Assembly (NCBI GenBank): GCA_951406725.2
Contig: OX597832.1
Coordinates: 70,308,001-70,372,000, forward strand
DNA from: Octopus vulgaris
Lineage: Eukaryota
Direction of reading: 5' to 3'
DNA: 64,000 nt
The notes below the pieces were generated by a model. It was not told the origin of the DNA, ran no database searches, and saw only the letters and a list, made by a program, of their open reading frames with translations. Shown here in pieces: positions 1 through 13,621 of the stretch; positions within the stretch are counted from its first letter, which is position 1; each line of letters opens with the position of its first letter. Both the position numbers and the translations under genes were made by a program.

Positions 1-224
1 AATTTCATGGTGATGATTGTCTAGGCAGTAGGCGGCTCTGTGACACCGTGTGGCAGCGTGTGACGTACTGTGGTGTGCTCCATGCTTTATGTTCGTCTAT
101 ATGTTTGAAAGAGTTCAACTTACACATTTCGTTACGTTATTACTTAAGATGTGGTCGTCTTTACTCTCTTCCTCTATTTTTCTTTCACTTTCTCTTTCCC
201 TCACGCTTTCTCTCTCTTTCTCAT

Positions 225-332
<108 letters not shown>

Positions 333-452
333 TTAAATTTTTTTAAAATTTTCTCCTGGTTTACAGAATTAACTTTTATTTGCGGTTGAAGCTTTGGCTG
401 TTATTTCTAGTGGATGAATGGCCTATTATGGCCGTTCCTTGATTGTTGATGT

Positions 453-516
<64 letters not shown>

Positions 517-530
517 TGTATATATGTATA

Positions 531-720
531 TCTCTATACTATAATTCTGAAATGCAAAAAGTTTGTTTGTCTGGTTTTGGCGTTGAGAACGGGTTAAAGG
601 GCACTAGAACCCGTCGGATTGACTCCAAAATTTACAGGGACATGTAAAATGAGGTGAGGACGCCAGTAGGCTAGGTTAGAAATCTCCATCTTAAAAGGTG
701 TCGTTGCTAGGGCGAAAAAC
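531..720 (+). mobile_element. Possible 5' end of a non-autonomous Helitron-like repeat
   Basis: A|TCTCTATACTATAATT start followed by a GTTTGTTTGTCTG tract, similar in style to 51528; no 3' CTAG/hairpin found. Confidence 0.3.
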
Positions 721-1040
721 GCACACTTTAACAAGTCTCCTCTCATTCTTTTATCTTCCCCCATCTCTCTCTCTCTCTTTCCTCCCTTCCTTTCACATTC
801 TCTCTATAACGTCATTTGATAGCATCTACTATCTTTCCTCCGCCGCCTTCAATATTTTTACGCTTTTTAAACCCTTCGTCGTTATTCTCATTCACTCATT
901 ATTACTTTCTCTCTCCTCCTCTCTCTCTATATATATAGAGAAAGATTCTCATGATTGTGTGGTGGTGGTGATGGCGATGATAATACTCTCTATGAATGCA
1001 GACAGACGTAGAGAGAGAGGGAGATAGTGAGTCCTGATTG

Positions 1041-1050
1041 GAAGAAGAAG

Positions 1051-1081
<31 letters not shown>

Positions 1082-1130
1082 GGAAAGAAGAAGGAGAAGA
1101 AGAAGAAGAAGAAGAAGAAGAAGAAGAAGA
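1041..1130. repeat. (GAA)n microsatellite
   Basis: Direct inspection. Confidence 0.95.
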
Positions 1131-2858
1131 ATGCTTCGTAAAAAGTGAAACCGGTAAAGTAAATAAACATGTTTTAAAATTGCATTTTCAAACTTTCTTT
1201 CATATATATAATATATATATATATTTATATAAATGCATATATATATGTATATGTGCATATATATATATGCATATATGTATGCATATATAAGTGTGTGTGT
1301 GTGTACATATGAACAGATAGATATGTAGAGATAAACACATATACATGTATATCACAAGAATATTACTGCAAACTTGTGTGAAAGTGGTGCCGGAAGTGGC
1401 ATACAGACCATCATATAACTTTTTTGACACGCGCTTGGCGTTATTATTCTTCTCTTCTATTTTACGGATTCAGTGGTACATTCACGTTGCGTATTCTTAC
1501 TTCTCTTTCCGGTTCCTACTAAAATCTCTTTACTGATCACAACCACCTCACGAACCTGTGGTCTTAAGGGACGCTTCGCGTTCCGATGGTTGTGAAAAAG
1601 TGGTATTACTTATTATTACACCTACTAACTTTAAACAAAGACCACGAAATCATCTTTCTTCCTTCAAATATCGAGAACAAATTAAACGAGCAAGTTTGAG
1701 CGGTTTCATTTGAACTTGAAGGGATAGGATGTGATATTGAATTGGGAATTATCAGTAGTGCCTTACTATACTATATCTACCGGACATTAGATTATGAATC
1801 GCAGCCAGAAATATTATTGTTGCAGATGTGATGCATGATGGTCGTGAAAACAGCACAGTGCAGTTAATATGATACAAAGATCACAGCCTGTCATCGATTA
1901 TCTGATGAGAGCATCCTTGGCATTAACTACCGAAATATTTCTACGTTAAAACGTTTGAAAATTACAACGAAACCAATGTTCTGCTGAGGAAATCCAATAA
2001 ACGTGAAACACGTCCAGAGATTTTCATTTTAAATGTCGGAAAAAAAGGAAGAAAATATTTGCCATTCTATTAATATTATTCCATTCCTCTAGCTAAATAT
2101 TTTCCTCGTATTTTAGCATTTAAATGTTTAATGTTCCAACAGAGTATATGCTTTCACCTGTTTAGCTAATATTTATCTTTGAGATGGCGTCTCAAAATAA
2201 ATATTTAAACGATTCTCTTTCTTTCTGCAACACCAACACGAACGCATTGTTCGACTTTCATTTGCCTGATTATTTAATTTTTAAACAATTCGATTCTTCT
2301 ATGTCAGCAAATATTTTATATTTATAGTGGTTCGTTTCCCTGACATTTCTGCATGTTACGGCGTGGCTTCACTTCCGTTGGGGATCCTCCTAATAATGAG
2401 AAATCATATCCAGTACCGTCTACCTTAGTTCCCCACCCACGTAAAACTAAAAACAAAGAAAGGAAAAAATACAGCTAAATCATGTTTAACTCTCCTCAAC
2501 GCACATTTAAAAACTAAAACAAAAATTGAATGTTGTTTGTTTTTTTAACCATTTTCATTTTCAATGTTCGGTCATTAAATATCGTTTTATCCACTTAGCA
2601 ATTATTTTCAATACAACGATAAAACATGTCAGGAGTTGACAAAAAATTAATGAGAATATAATTTTTTCTCCCATCCAATGTTTGATGGTGTTTATTCTTT
2701 TTTCCAAACATCAAACGAATAGAAGGAATGTATTTACATTCATATTTCTCCCACAGTTAGGCTTTCTAACATTTAGATTTATTTCAGTCCTGTTTCACGC
2801 TGTCCTGCCTATGAAGCATACACAAAACGTTATTTTCTTCATATATATATATATATAT

Positions 2859-2911
<53 letters not shown>

Positions 2912-2980
2912 CAAAATACCCTTTAATATCATTTTATTACGTACAGTAAAGTTTATTTGTCAACATAAAGTGGAAGTCCT

Positions 2981-3217
2981 ATAACAAGGGTGATGTAGCT
3001 GTTTTTTAGCCCCAGGAAAACATCTATTCCAGTTGGCTACCGACACACAGTTTGTGCCCGTACAATATATGCAAGAGAGTTAGGACATCGCTTCCATCTC
3101 TGGCCTTGGGAGCGATGACTTCCCTTGCATATAGTATACGGGCACAAACTGTGTGTCGGGAGCCAAAGAGAAAAAAATGTTCTCCTGGGGCTTAGAGCAG
3201 TAACATTGTCTTTGTAT
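2981..3217. mobile_element. Fold-back / MITE-like element
   Basis: Inverted arms: agccccaggaaaacat / atgttctcctggggct and ccgacacacagtttgtgcccgta / tacgggcacaaactgtgtgtcgg. Confidence 0.75.
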
Positions 3218-5490
3218 GGTCGCAAATAAACTTTGCTATCCGGTGCAGTTAATGTATATTTATCGAGCAGACATTTAAAACAAGTTTTCTCTTCATTACG
3301 GACACTTAACTTTCTGAAGCCAATTCCTGTCAGTTTGGATCGGACAGCTAAATAATCATCAACGAAGATCACAAATGATCCTGGAATAACTTTGACCATA
3401 GCCTTCCTTGAACACTATTTGTCTGGATCAAGACAATATCAAGAAACGTACCGTTAGTTGTGTTCTTAGCTTCTTGTGCTACGTGTGCGTAGGATGCACA
3501 ACCACAATGTGTGTGTGTTTGTGTGTATGAGTGTTTGTGAGTGTTTGGGTGTGTTGTGTTTGTTTGTTTGTGTGTGTGTGAGTGTGTGTATGTGTGTGTC
3601 GAACTGCATTAATCAATGAGGCTTCTTCACATTTTCCTTTTTAGAAAATGTTAGGGATAATTTGAGGGAGATTTGGCTACTTTGATTGAAGTAGTTCAGT
3701 TTTACTTTGAGATTCTGTTGTTAAATATAAATAGAAAACTGCCAAGCGAAACTTGATTTAAAGGAATTTAAATAATACCAAGAATAATAAGATCAATTAA
3801 TTTTTTAGCTTCTAATGTTACAGTCAATCTTCCCGTGTATGTTGGTTAAACTGATTTTCTTCCAAATTTTCTTTTTAAAGGTGCTAATACCTTTAACAAC
3901 TCCAAAATATATTGAAGAATTGATCGTAACACTAGAAGGTAAGAAAATAATTGATGTTAATTTTTGGTACATTTAAAATGTTTCTCAATTCGGTTTTTTT
4001 TTTTCGTACTTTTTCGATTAACGCGTTCATACAGTCTTGCACGATTTTATGTAGGAGGTGGCAGATTGGTGTGAAGGAAGAAGTTGTTTTTCACTTTGAA
4101 ATTCTTTTGGACGATATTAGCAAGAAATCTATAAATGAAGTACTTAATTCAAAAGGGTTTGTAATTCTGTAAAGTAACCATTGAGAAAGGTATGTAGTTA
4201 TTGGATGAGAAGAGATGTAATACATACCAGAGGTTGGGAGAGTCGAGTAACTAAATAAATGCTGTGGATTTGAGCTGGTGTGATAGAGTGTATCTATGTT
4301 CAGATAAACAGAAACTGGTAGCATATGAGGAGCTCGAGAAAGAAAGAAAGAGAGGCAGCGACAAAACAGTACATACCAGAGATCGGATTTGTCAGTTGTT
4401 TTTGTTTGTATTGTGTAGTCATAAATATGGCCATATCAATTAAAAGTATGATGAACAAAAACTATTATGAACAAAAACTTTACAACGCCTATTATGAACA
4501 AAAACTTTAAAACTATGGTCCCTCTTTTCTCAGTTGTTGTCTACCTAAGGTCACATGATTATATTTGTTAGGACAATAGGTTTTAAGCCGGAGAACTTTA
4601 CTTCTATTTCGAACATGTAGAGCAACCACAAAGGACTCACTTCTTACGTTTGTACATGAATCGTAGTCAATCTGACGTTGTAATAGAATTTTGTGCAGAT
4701 AATGCTACTAAAAATGGATCAATCCGTTATGAGGAATTCAGGTGATGGTTAATTTATACTGTTTCGCAGTGCAGTCAGTCACGCTGTTTTACACCTTTGA
4801 TTTTAGATGTCAACAGCACCGTTGCTTTGGTACCTATTTACATCGTCGGTGAAGCGAGGCGTTGGCAATTAAGTGCATTCGCCACGGACAGATAAGGCAA
4901 ATAATAGTGTTTGACATGTCATCCGTTGCTTTCGTACTTTGAAACACGAGAAGGTAAAAGAGAAAGAAAGAGAGAAGGAGGAAAGAGAGAGGGTGAAGAG
5001 AAAAGAAAGAGAGAGAGAGAACACTGAAACCATTTTGAACTGGAAGCGAAATCGAATGACGATTGGACAATGGGGCTGGTGTTTGGGGAAATAAGAGAAT
5101 GCAATCTCAATAGAAATGTAAATAGTAGTGGTGTCTGTGTCCGTTGTGAAGTGAAATCAAGTGAATGGGAAACAGTGCGGCGGTTGTTACGGTTAATATT
5201 ATAATAATAATATGGTAATATAATAAACTAAACTGTAACACAGCTCATTGTAGTGTATATCATATCATAATATGTGATGTATAATATAATGTAATTTATA
5301 ATTAAGTAATGGAATCTAGCTGCCAGGATCGGAAGACAATAATCGGATTGAGAATATACACAGCAAGGGTGTATATAGTGATGTAGAATGATAAAATGGA
5401 CGGAGACTAACATTTCGTGCATATCATAAAGATACTATCGTTAAGATATATATATACATATATATACATATATATACATGCATACATACA

Positions 5491-5524
<34 letters not shown>

Positions 5525-5573
5525 CATACATACATACATAGATACATATATACATATATACATGTATATATTT

Positions 5574-5652
<79 letters not shown>

Positions 5653-6494
5653 AGAGAGAGAGAGAGATTATTATATTTTCGTCAGATTCATGCGAGTTGT
5701 GATTGTATTACCAAGTGTAACTGGTAATATGAGGCATGTACAGTATTGGTTGTCTTTTATTTTTCAGTGGGGGAGTGGGCAGCTGCTAGTATACCATGTT
5801 AGTTTTCTGTATTACGGGGCTTCGTTTTGTTACTATTACACTTGTTTTAGGTCTCCTTCTGTTCTGTAAAACATTGAAACGACGGTTTGGTTTGATTGAA
5901 ACGTGATAACGCTGCATTTGTGTTTCTTGTGTCATTCATATTAGGATTTTCAGTTTCAAGCAGAGATAAAATATGGTTTATGTGGAATTCGGTGCTATAT
6001 ATGGCCAGCATCAGCGGCTTGTACATGTATTGAAGACAAAATATGTGAGTTATTGGTGTTATATTGTTGAGTAAGATTTATATAGAAGATTACATGTTGT
6101 GGTGGGGGTGAGATCCTCATAGAGAGTGTATGTTGCGTAAGTGGTGTTGAATTATTGGGTGATTAATGAGATAAAACACTGAATACGTCGTCAGTTTTGT
6201 TATTAAAATGAATTTCTATCCAGCAGAATATGAGCTGTTCTAAGTAAAGTGATTTCTTCTCGAATTGATATCGGGAGTCCCGAAAAGACTAATGTGTTTT
6301 TTTTTTTTCATTATTATCCTGTGTCCCGAAGTATTGTTGGGTTTGTTTCTCTTCAATGTATTGTTCTCTACCTCAATGTTCACATTTCTGAATTTTGGCA
6401 AACTATTCTTTTCATACAACGTTTTGGAAAGCATCGTGATATAGTAATATGCATATATACATATATATGTGTGTGTGCGAGTGTGTGTGCATAT

Positions 6495-6525
<31 letters not shown>

Positions 6526-6712
6526 CTAAGTAATTAAGAGTTTAGCAACGATTTGCCTCACCACACACCGAATTTAGAAATAGCAGTCAAAGAGTTATAG
6601 CTATTCTTTCTACTAAAAGGGAGATCTCAGTAAAACCACAGCACTTGAAAGGCAAACACAGACAGGCAAGAGAGAAAGAAATGACGACAATCGATCATAC
6701 AATATTAAGTCA

Positions 6713-6803
6713 CCTACGGACGTACGTTTCGAAATTAAGTTTTAGGAAAGCATAAGAATTAGATAATTATGTTTTACCCAACTTTTTTTCTCATCAGCGT
6801 AGG
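6713..6803 (-). ncRNA. Type I hammerhead ribozyme (Penelope-type, palindromic stem III)
   Basis: Minus strand: CCUACG-CUGAUGA-long stem II-GAAA-CGUACG-UC^CGUAGG; stem I CCUACG/CGUAGG; predicted cleavage between 6719 and 6718. Confidence 0.85.
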
Positions 6804-7093
6804 ACACTACAATTATGAATAATTGTATATTAAATTTCGAGGTACTAGAAGACATCATCTCAACTCAGTATCAGAGCGAGCTAAAGCCGTTACCAGTATC
6901 ACCAAATTCAAAGTGTGAATGAAAGTTTGTGTCACCAACCCCCTCCCACCAGCGTGCAGCCAAGACACAAACTTTCATTCACACTTTGAATTTGGTGATA
7001 CTGGTAACGGCTTTAGCTCGCTCTGATACTGAGTTGAGATGATATCTTCTAGTACCTCGAAATTTAATATACAATTATTCATAACTGTAGTGT

Positions 7094-7181
7094 CCTACGC
7101 TGATGAGAAAAAAGTTGGGTAAGACATAATTATCTAATTCTTATGCTTTCCTAAAACTTAATTTCGAAACGTACGTCCGTA
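7094..7181 (+). ncRNA. Type I hammerhead ribozyme, stem I shortened
   Basis: cctacg CTGATGA g...ttc GAAA cgtacg TC cgta; a ~17-nt deletion relative to the left arm leaves 4 bp of stem I. Confidence 0.7.
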
Positions 7182-7446
7182 TGATTGATTGTCGTCATTT
7201 CTTTCTCTCTTGCCTGTCTGTGTTTGCCTTTCAAGTGCTGTGGTTTTACTGAGATCTCCCTTTTAGTAGAAAGAATAGCTATAACTCTTTGACTGCTATT
7301 TCTAAATTCGGTGTGTGGTGAGGCAAATCGTTGCTAAACCCTTAATTACTTAGTATTACTTAAACTTTCCTCAAATGGGGCTTTTACATGCCGAAATCTA
7401 CTTGGTGAAATGAATGATTATTCCAAATTAATTAATTTCACCCTAT

Positions 7447-7521
<75 letters not shown>

Positions 7522-7523
<2 letters not shown>

Positions 7524-7717
7524 GAGAATTCACGAAAAAACAAAAGACGAAGACAGGTGGTGTAGAAAACAAGCAGATGTATTAGTATAACGCTCAGGAA
7601 TGGAAAAAGTCTTTTACGTTTCGAACCTACGCTCTTCTACAGAAAGGAACACACAAAGAAATAAGGAGATAAACAAGGAGAGAAAAATGTGTGTGGTGGC
7701 TACCGATATATCATGGC
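7522..7717 (-). mobile_element. Probable Penelope-like terminal fragment with degenerate hammerhead-like core
   Basis: Minus strand ctgtagaagagcgtaggttcGAAACGT; ends in ...ttctccc against (TA)n like the other PLE ends. Confidence 0.4.
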
Positions 7718-8158
7718 AAATCATACATATACATACATATATATATATATGTATGTATATACGTATATTAAGGGAAAATGCCGAGGTACTCAGACACTGC
7801 TGAAAACTCCAAAATATAAATGGATTATAGTCGGGCGAGTGAAAAAAGTATTTCTGGATTAAAGCCATGAATTAAGGTTTTTTCCTTCATCAACACGATA
7901 CGCGTGAAATATAAATACAAATAATTATACGTACCTGTACAAAGCAGATTCGCACGTCTACATACAAATATTAGCATTTATAGATCATATATACGTGCAA
8001 ATGTATAAAATCAAAATAAGTAGCAGGATGTCAAGTATTAGTACAATACGACCGTTCCAAGCGGCTCCATTTCATTGAAAAATGCAAGCATTACACCAAT
8101 TTAAATACAGCGCTATCATCAGTTGCAATAAACGTGGAATTTACACGTACACACACAC

Positions 8159-8235
<77 letters not shown>

Positions 8236-8331
8236 TTCATACATACTTACATACATAAATATATGCACACACAGAAAGTTTTATATATATATATATAAAC
8301 ATATATATACTTATATACATACATCACGCTT

Positions 8332-8433
8332 TCCGCGTGGCACATTGGGGAAGTGTCTTCTTCTACTACAGCCTCGGGCAGACCCAAGTTTTGTCAGTGG
8401 ATTTGGTAGATGGAAAATGAAGAAGCCTGTCGT
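8332..8433 (+). mobile_element. 5'-truncated tRNA-derived SINE (same family as 51977)
   Basis: gtgtcttc..cta.agcctc...gtcagtggattt.gtaga shared with 52060-52130. Confidence 0.65.
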
Positions 8434-8972
8434 ATATATGGAGGTGTGTGCGTGTAGTTAAATATACAGACTAAGAGGGTGTGTCTGTGCAGTAGTGTCT
8501 CATTTTATATATATGTGTCTATCCTTCACTTTACTTAGTCATACTTATACACAACTGACTCATGCAAGCACGCATGTATATATTCACGCACACACAAATT
8601 ATACCAAACATATACACAAACACGTTTACATACAAACAAACACACACACATACATATATCACATCACATATTATTTCCCACTTATGCACACATAGGAACT
8701 AAATCCGAGACCTAGATACACGTGCGTGTGCGGTTTATGTCATCAACAGATGCATCTATGTATGAATAATTGATTATACGAATAACTGAATGGATTTCAA
8801 GGATGCCAGAGCAGAGGTGGGTACGGTGGTAATATTTCAGATCTAATGTATATTTGAGCCCCGGAGGGTCCTTAATAGCATTTATAATTGACAATTTACA
8901 ATATATACACATATACACATTATATATATGTATGCAAATATATATATATATATATATATGTATTTATGTATC

Positions 8973-9037
<65 letters not shown>

Positions 9038-10598
9038 ACATGTACGTAATAATAAGGATATGTATATTCACGCATACATGATATATATACATAGATATAC
9101 ATATGTGTGCGTGCGTGAATATGTATATATATATATATATATATATTAAAACCTTTTAGCACGAACTTCCTCTGCTTCCTATTAAAGTGCATGTTTGCAC
9201 TTCCTGTCACTTAGAAATGAATCTATTAGGGAACAATACAAAATAGCCTACCACAACCAACACCGCCTCCTATATATCACCACACACCTACTGACACCAT
9301 CATCTTTACCGCCAACACCATCATCACCCAATCCATCATCTTAACAAAAACCACCACCACCACCACGTATTTTAAATCGCACCTCACCGTCTTAGAAATG
9401 GAATCACAAATGAAATAATGCTGCCATAAATGCATTAAACTTTACGAATAACATCGTGATGGGCATGTTTGGATCTCTTTTGATGTTAGATTTGATGGAT
9501 CGTTCTTTACCTGAGATGCAATATATCAATATTTATCCGAAAAATTACTTCTTAAGGCAACAACACACATCTACAACATTAACGCAAACCTTTCTTTTTT
9601 CCAGATTCGGTTAAATGAAGTACCAGTTATACACTGAGATTTAGCAGAGGGTCTACAAAGATTGTTGGATGAGATGAAGGATGGAGTGGAAAGCATCATA
9701 CAGTTTGATATTGAACAAATTAGTAATTTATAAATCTTTCATACAAAACGAAATATGTTTGAATAAGATTGTTAAAAAAAAGAATTATTAAAACAAAATA
9801 GTTGTATGTATAATAAGCCTTCACTTTTATAAACCAGGGCACAGCACTTCCTTGATAACAGCTGTAGTGTGTTTTATAATGGTATTATTCTGGATTGATG
9901 TTGTCTAAATCTTCCTAAAGCAGAGCGACTGTTCTATGATCAAGGCAAAGATCTACGTTTTTTTAATTTTTTTATCGTTGATATATAATACTTCAGTTGA
10001 AATGTTTGTTAGCGATGTCCCTAAATCATGGTCGGATCAGAACAGATAACCGCTTGTCTGTTTGACAAGGAATAAATAAGTTCTTTTCTCTCTCCACAAG
10101 CCTCATTTATTGTGGAATATAACTATTAGGCCAGTGCGCAAAATAAATCCATATTTTCGATCTAACTGCATAATGTTCAATATTACGTGACCTTTGCTTT
10201 GAAACAATACTAGCAAAACATATCCCTTCACTCTTCATGTTTACACCTGAAGCGATACGTGCTTGCTGACTGATATTGCCCTTTCTGGTTGTTGTTGTTG
10301 TTGTTGCTGTAGATAAGGTTTCCTGTCGCTACAATTAAATTTGTTTTTTAATTCGTGCATATCATTAATATTTTAGTTTGCAACAGGTACTTTTTTGTTT
10401 CCTTTTTTTTTTTGCTTCTCATCTGCGTGTGAAATCCATTATTTTGTTCTGACGTGGCTTAAAGTGTTGTTCCTGGCCATATTTTATTCCGTGACGTGAG
10501 AGAAAAATATATTAAACATTGTCTAAAAATAAAAGACAAAAAGTACTTCTATCGGTCCCTGTAAGGGGAAACTCCAAAACTCCAAAACCACACGAAAC

Positions 10599-11665
10599 AA
10601 TCTTTTCTACTCTAGGCACAAGGCTTACTACTTGCAGCCTACGGTAACATGCTATTCGTTCTTTTGAGCTATCTACTACTTACCTGATTATTCTGGCCGT
10701 ACCAAGGAGGTAAATCTTTTGTAACTTCTACTGGACACCCTATTACAATTTCCTTTCTATTCCTCTTGATGCCTTCTGATACTGTCCCCAAGAACACAAC
10801 AATAATTGGTACTATCTTCACCTTCTTCATTTTCCATAGCCGGGCTATTCGTACTTAAGAGAGATGTACCTATATATCTTTACGGTTTCCTTCTTGACTC
10901 GTGGGTCAAAGAGGTATGCAGCATACAAGAAAATATATGATGCACCTTGTCCACCACCACTAGATCCGGTCTGTTATTCTCTAGCACCTGATTTATTCGG
11001 TTTGGGATTCTGTGACTCTGCCACTCTCTGCAGTTTGTCTCATACTACTTCTTGCTACCCTCTAGCCCCCACGTTTTGCACAGTTTCCAATGTAGCACTT
11101 TCGCTACCTGATTGTGTAGCCACAACTTGTAGTGGATTTGGGCAAGTCTAGGGTATTCACTAGTGATATGGTTAATTATTTCATCAACTCCACTACAGAT
11201 GCGGCACCACAGAGACACTTGCTCGTTCCGCAGGTTGACCCTCCAGTTCGTGGCCAGAGCTTGGTCCTGTGCTGCCAGTATCGTGCACACGATCTCTTTT
11301 ATTAGGGTTCCTTTCATCAGCTATTCTCACCTCTTTTTTCCAGCAACTTCTAGAATTGATTGTGTAGTCCCTTCTTGCGTAATTCTTCTTCATGTCCTTT
11401 TTCTACATCTTTTGTTTTCCCTTTTTTCTCTGCTCTCAATACCCCCTCTTTCCTAACTGTCACTAGCAATGTTTCCTTACTTTGGGCTAGGTATCTCATT
11501 AAGCTCTCGAGTTCGAAACGCACGCAGTCTTCCACATGTATCAGCCCCCTTCCTCCATTTGCTCTCTTCATGTATACGCACTCAGTGTCTGTTCGTGGAA
11601 GATGGACTCCATGCATCGTTTGCAGCTTTCTTGACTTCCTGTCGATCTTACACAGCGCCTCCTTA
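10599..11665 (-). mobile_element. Degraded R4/Dong-like non-LTR retrotransposon, 3' part (RT thumb, CCHC finger, RLE, 3'UTR)
   Basis: IDRKSRKLQTMHG..YMKRANGGRGL; LAAQDQAL..CRICSGVDEIINHITSEYPRLAQ..HNQVAKVLHWKLCK; C-terminal LLGTARIIR; frameshifts and stops. Confidence 0.8.
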
Positions 11666-12106
11666 TTTTTCGAGCACCATCCGGAGTATTCGAGCAGTTC
11701 CAAGAAGTGTTGTGTTCTGCAAGTGCTCCACCCTTATTGCATCCCATATTTGTTCCATGTACTTTTCGAGAATTTTACTCACTGTTTTCAGGGTTCCGAC
11801 AATTATTGGTACCACTACCACCTTTTTATCATCGACCACAACTGCTTTACCGCCCAAGCTAACCTTTCATACCTATCGACTTTTCTTTCTTCCTTATAAC
11901 ATACCTTGCTGTCAGCTGGGCATGCTATATCTATGATTCAGCATAGTTTGCTTTATCTCTCAATTAACGCTATCTCTGACTTCCTATTCCCTATCTCATG
12001 GTCGCACTGAATCATAAAATCCGACAGGATCTTTGAATTATCCTTTTCGATGACGCTTTCGGGTTTGTGGTCGTACCAGTTTTTTGTTCCGTCAAGTCCA
12101 TACTTG

Positions 12107-12107
<1 letters not shown>
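11663..12107 (-). mobile_element. Second R4/Dong-like 3' fragment (RLE domain)
   Basis: KYGLDGTKNWYDHKPESVIE..KILSDFMIQCDHEIGNRKSEI..IIDIACP..VVPIIVGTL..TLLGTARILRMVL; 5' truncation abuts (TAA)n. Confidence 0.8.
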
Positions 12108-12189
<82 letters not shown>

Positions 12190-12236
12190 CATTATTATTA
12201 TAATTATCATCATTATTATTATTATTATTATTATCA

Positions 12237-12318
<82 letters not shown>

Positions 12319-12331
12319 CATTATTATTATT
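12108..12331. repeat. (ATT/TAA)n microsatellite
   Basis: Direct inspection. Confidence 0.97.
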
Positions 12332-12332
12332 G

Positions 12333-12470
12333 ATATGGCTGAATCATTAGCACGCTGGACAAAATCTTTAGCGGCATATCGTTTGTCTTTTCGTTCTGAA
12401 TTTATATTACGTTTTATCCCTTCCTGGTTGATGCTGTAAGTACGAGTTTGCCATCAGTGGGACCGAAATA
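12333..12470 (+). mobile_element. Degraded copy of the 44843 SINE family
   Basis: ttagcacgctggacaaaatctttagcggcatatcgtttgtcttttcgttctga aligns by eye to 44864-44916. Confidence 0.55.
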
Positions 12471-13395
12471 TTACGTCTTGTGTCTCCAGTAGAATTGTTG
12501 TGAACTTTTACATTGTGGGTAATCAAATCACACGCACACGCACACACGTATTTGTGTGCGTGTGCGTGTGTGAGTGTGCACGCGAATAAAACATTAATTC
12601 GTGCTTGTTTCTTCATGGTTATGTATATTCATACAGGTATGTCTAAAAACGCACCAATACCTCACTTTTCGCACCCTCACCCAAATATACAAAAAGTGCA
12701 GGAATACAATAGCATAAATGTATACGTATATGCATGTTCCTCTGTCTCTCCCTCTTCTGCTCACTCTCTCTCCTTCTTTCTGTTTCGTCGTCCTCCTCCT
12801 CCTCCTATCTCTGTCTCTCTCTTTATGCATGTGAATGTAAAGAACTGGTGTTGGTGCTTGTATAAAACTTTGATAAGCTTCCCATTAAATGCAGGGAGAG
12901 AGAGAGAGAAAGAGAGAGAGAGACGTAGTGGATACTGGTATAACACGTTATAAAGTGGCGTGTTACTTTTGATAATGTTTAAACAAGACTAATGTGAGTG
13001 AAGTAGCTTTTGATCTTCCAATTGAGATTTCGTTGTTGTTGCTCTTTCCTTATTCTCTTTCACGTTCTTATAACTGTTGCTGTTTTTCATGTTGCTGATC
13101 TTATTTCGTTTCAGAATTTTTGTTGCAGATTATTTTTGCAGTCACTCATTATTGAATAATGATGCTGGTTAGACTTTGTTGTTTTCTCGTTCCTGATTTT
13201 TTTTGCTGCTGCTGTTGTATATTACAGCCCCGATCGAACAGCCCAACAAATCAAAGACAATTCTGTCGTGACAATCCTGTCTTTACTCGATGTAAATTGA
13301 ACCTAGAATCATGTTATCCAATTTCTTTATTTTAACAATGCTAAGATGTGATGTATTGCGGTGATGTACATGTTATGCTAGTTTATATTGTATTT

Positions 13396-13434
<39 letters not shown>

Positions 13435-13621
13435 AATATTAGGGAATAAATCCAAACTTACAGGAAAAAATCAGATTTAGGATTGAATCCAATTTTATAG
13501 TAAAATATTATATTATATTAAATTAGAGACAAAACCACTATTATGCAAATCAAACAAAGAAAGACTTAATCCAATACATAAATTAATTTATATTATTTAG
13601 AAATTTAACAATTATTAATAT

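Larger units (their letters stand above)
6523..7445. mobile_element. Inverted pair of Penelope-like terminal repeats (pLTR palindrome)
   Basis: Near-perfect arms 6523-6933 and 6964-7356 with a 30-nt spacer; each arm has a hammerhead motif; right arm continues to ~7445 before ATT/TA tracts; flanked by (TA)n. Confidence 0.8.

Noticed and set aside
4450-4510. Three copies of atgaacaaaaact resembling a repeat-spacer array
   Set aside because: Simple slippage duplication in eukaryotic DNA; not CRISPR
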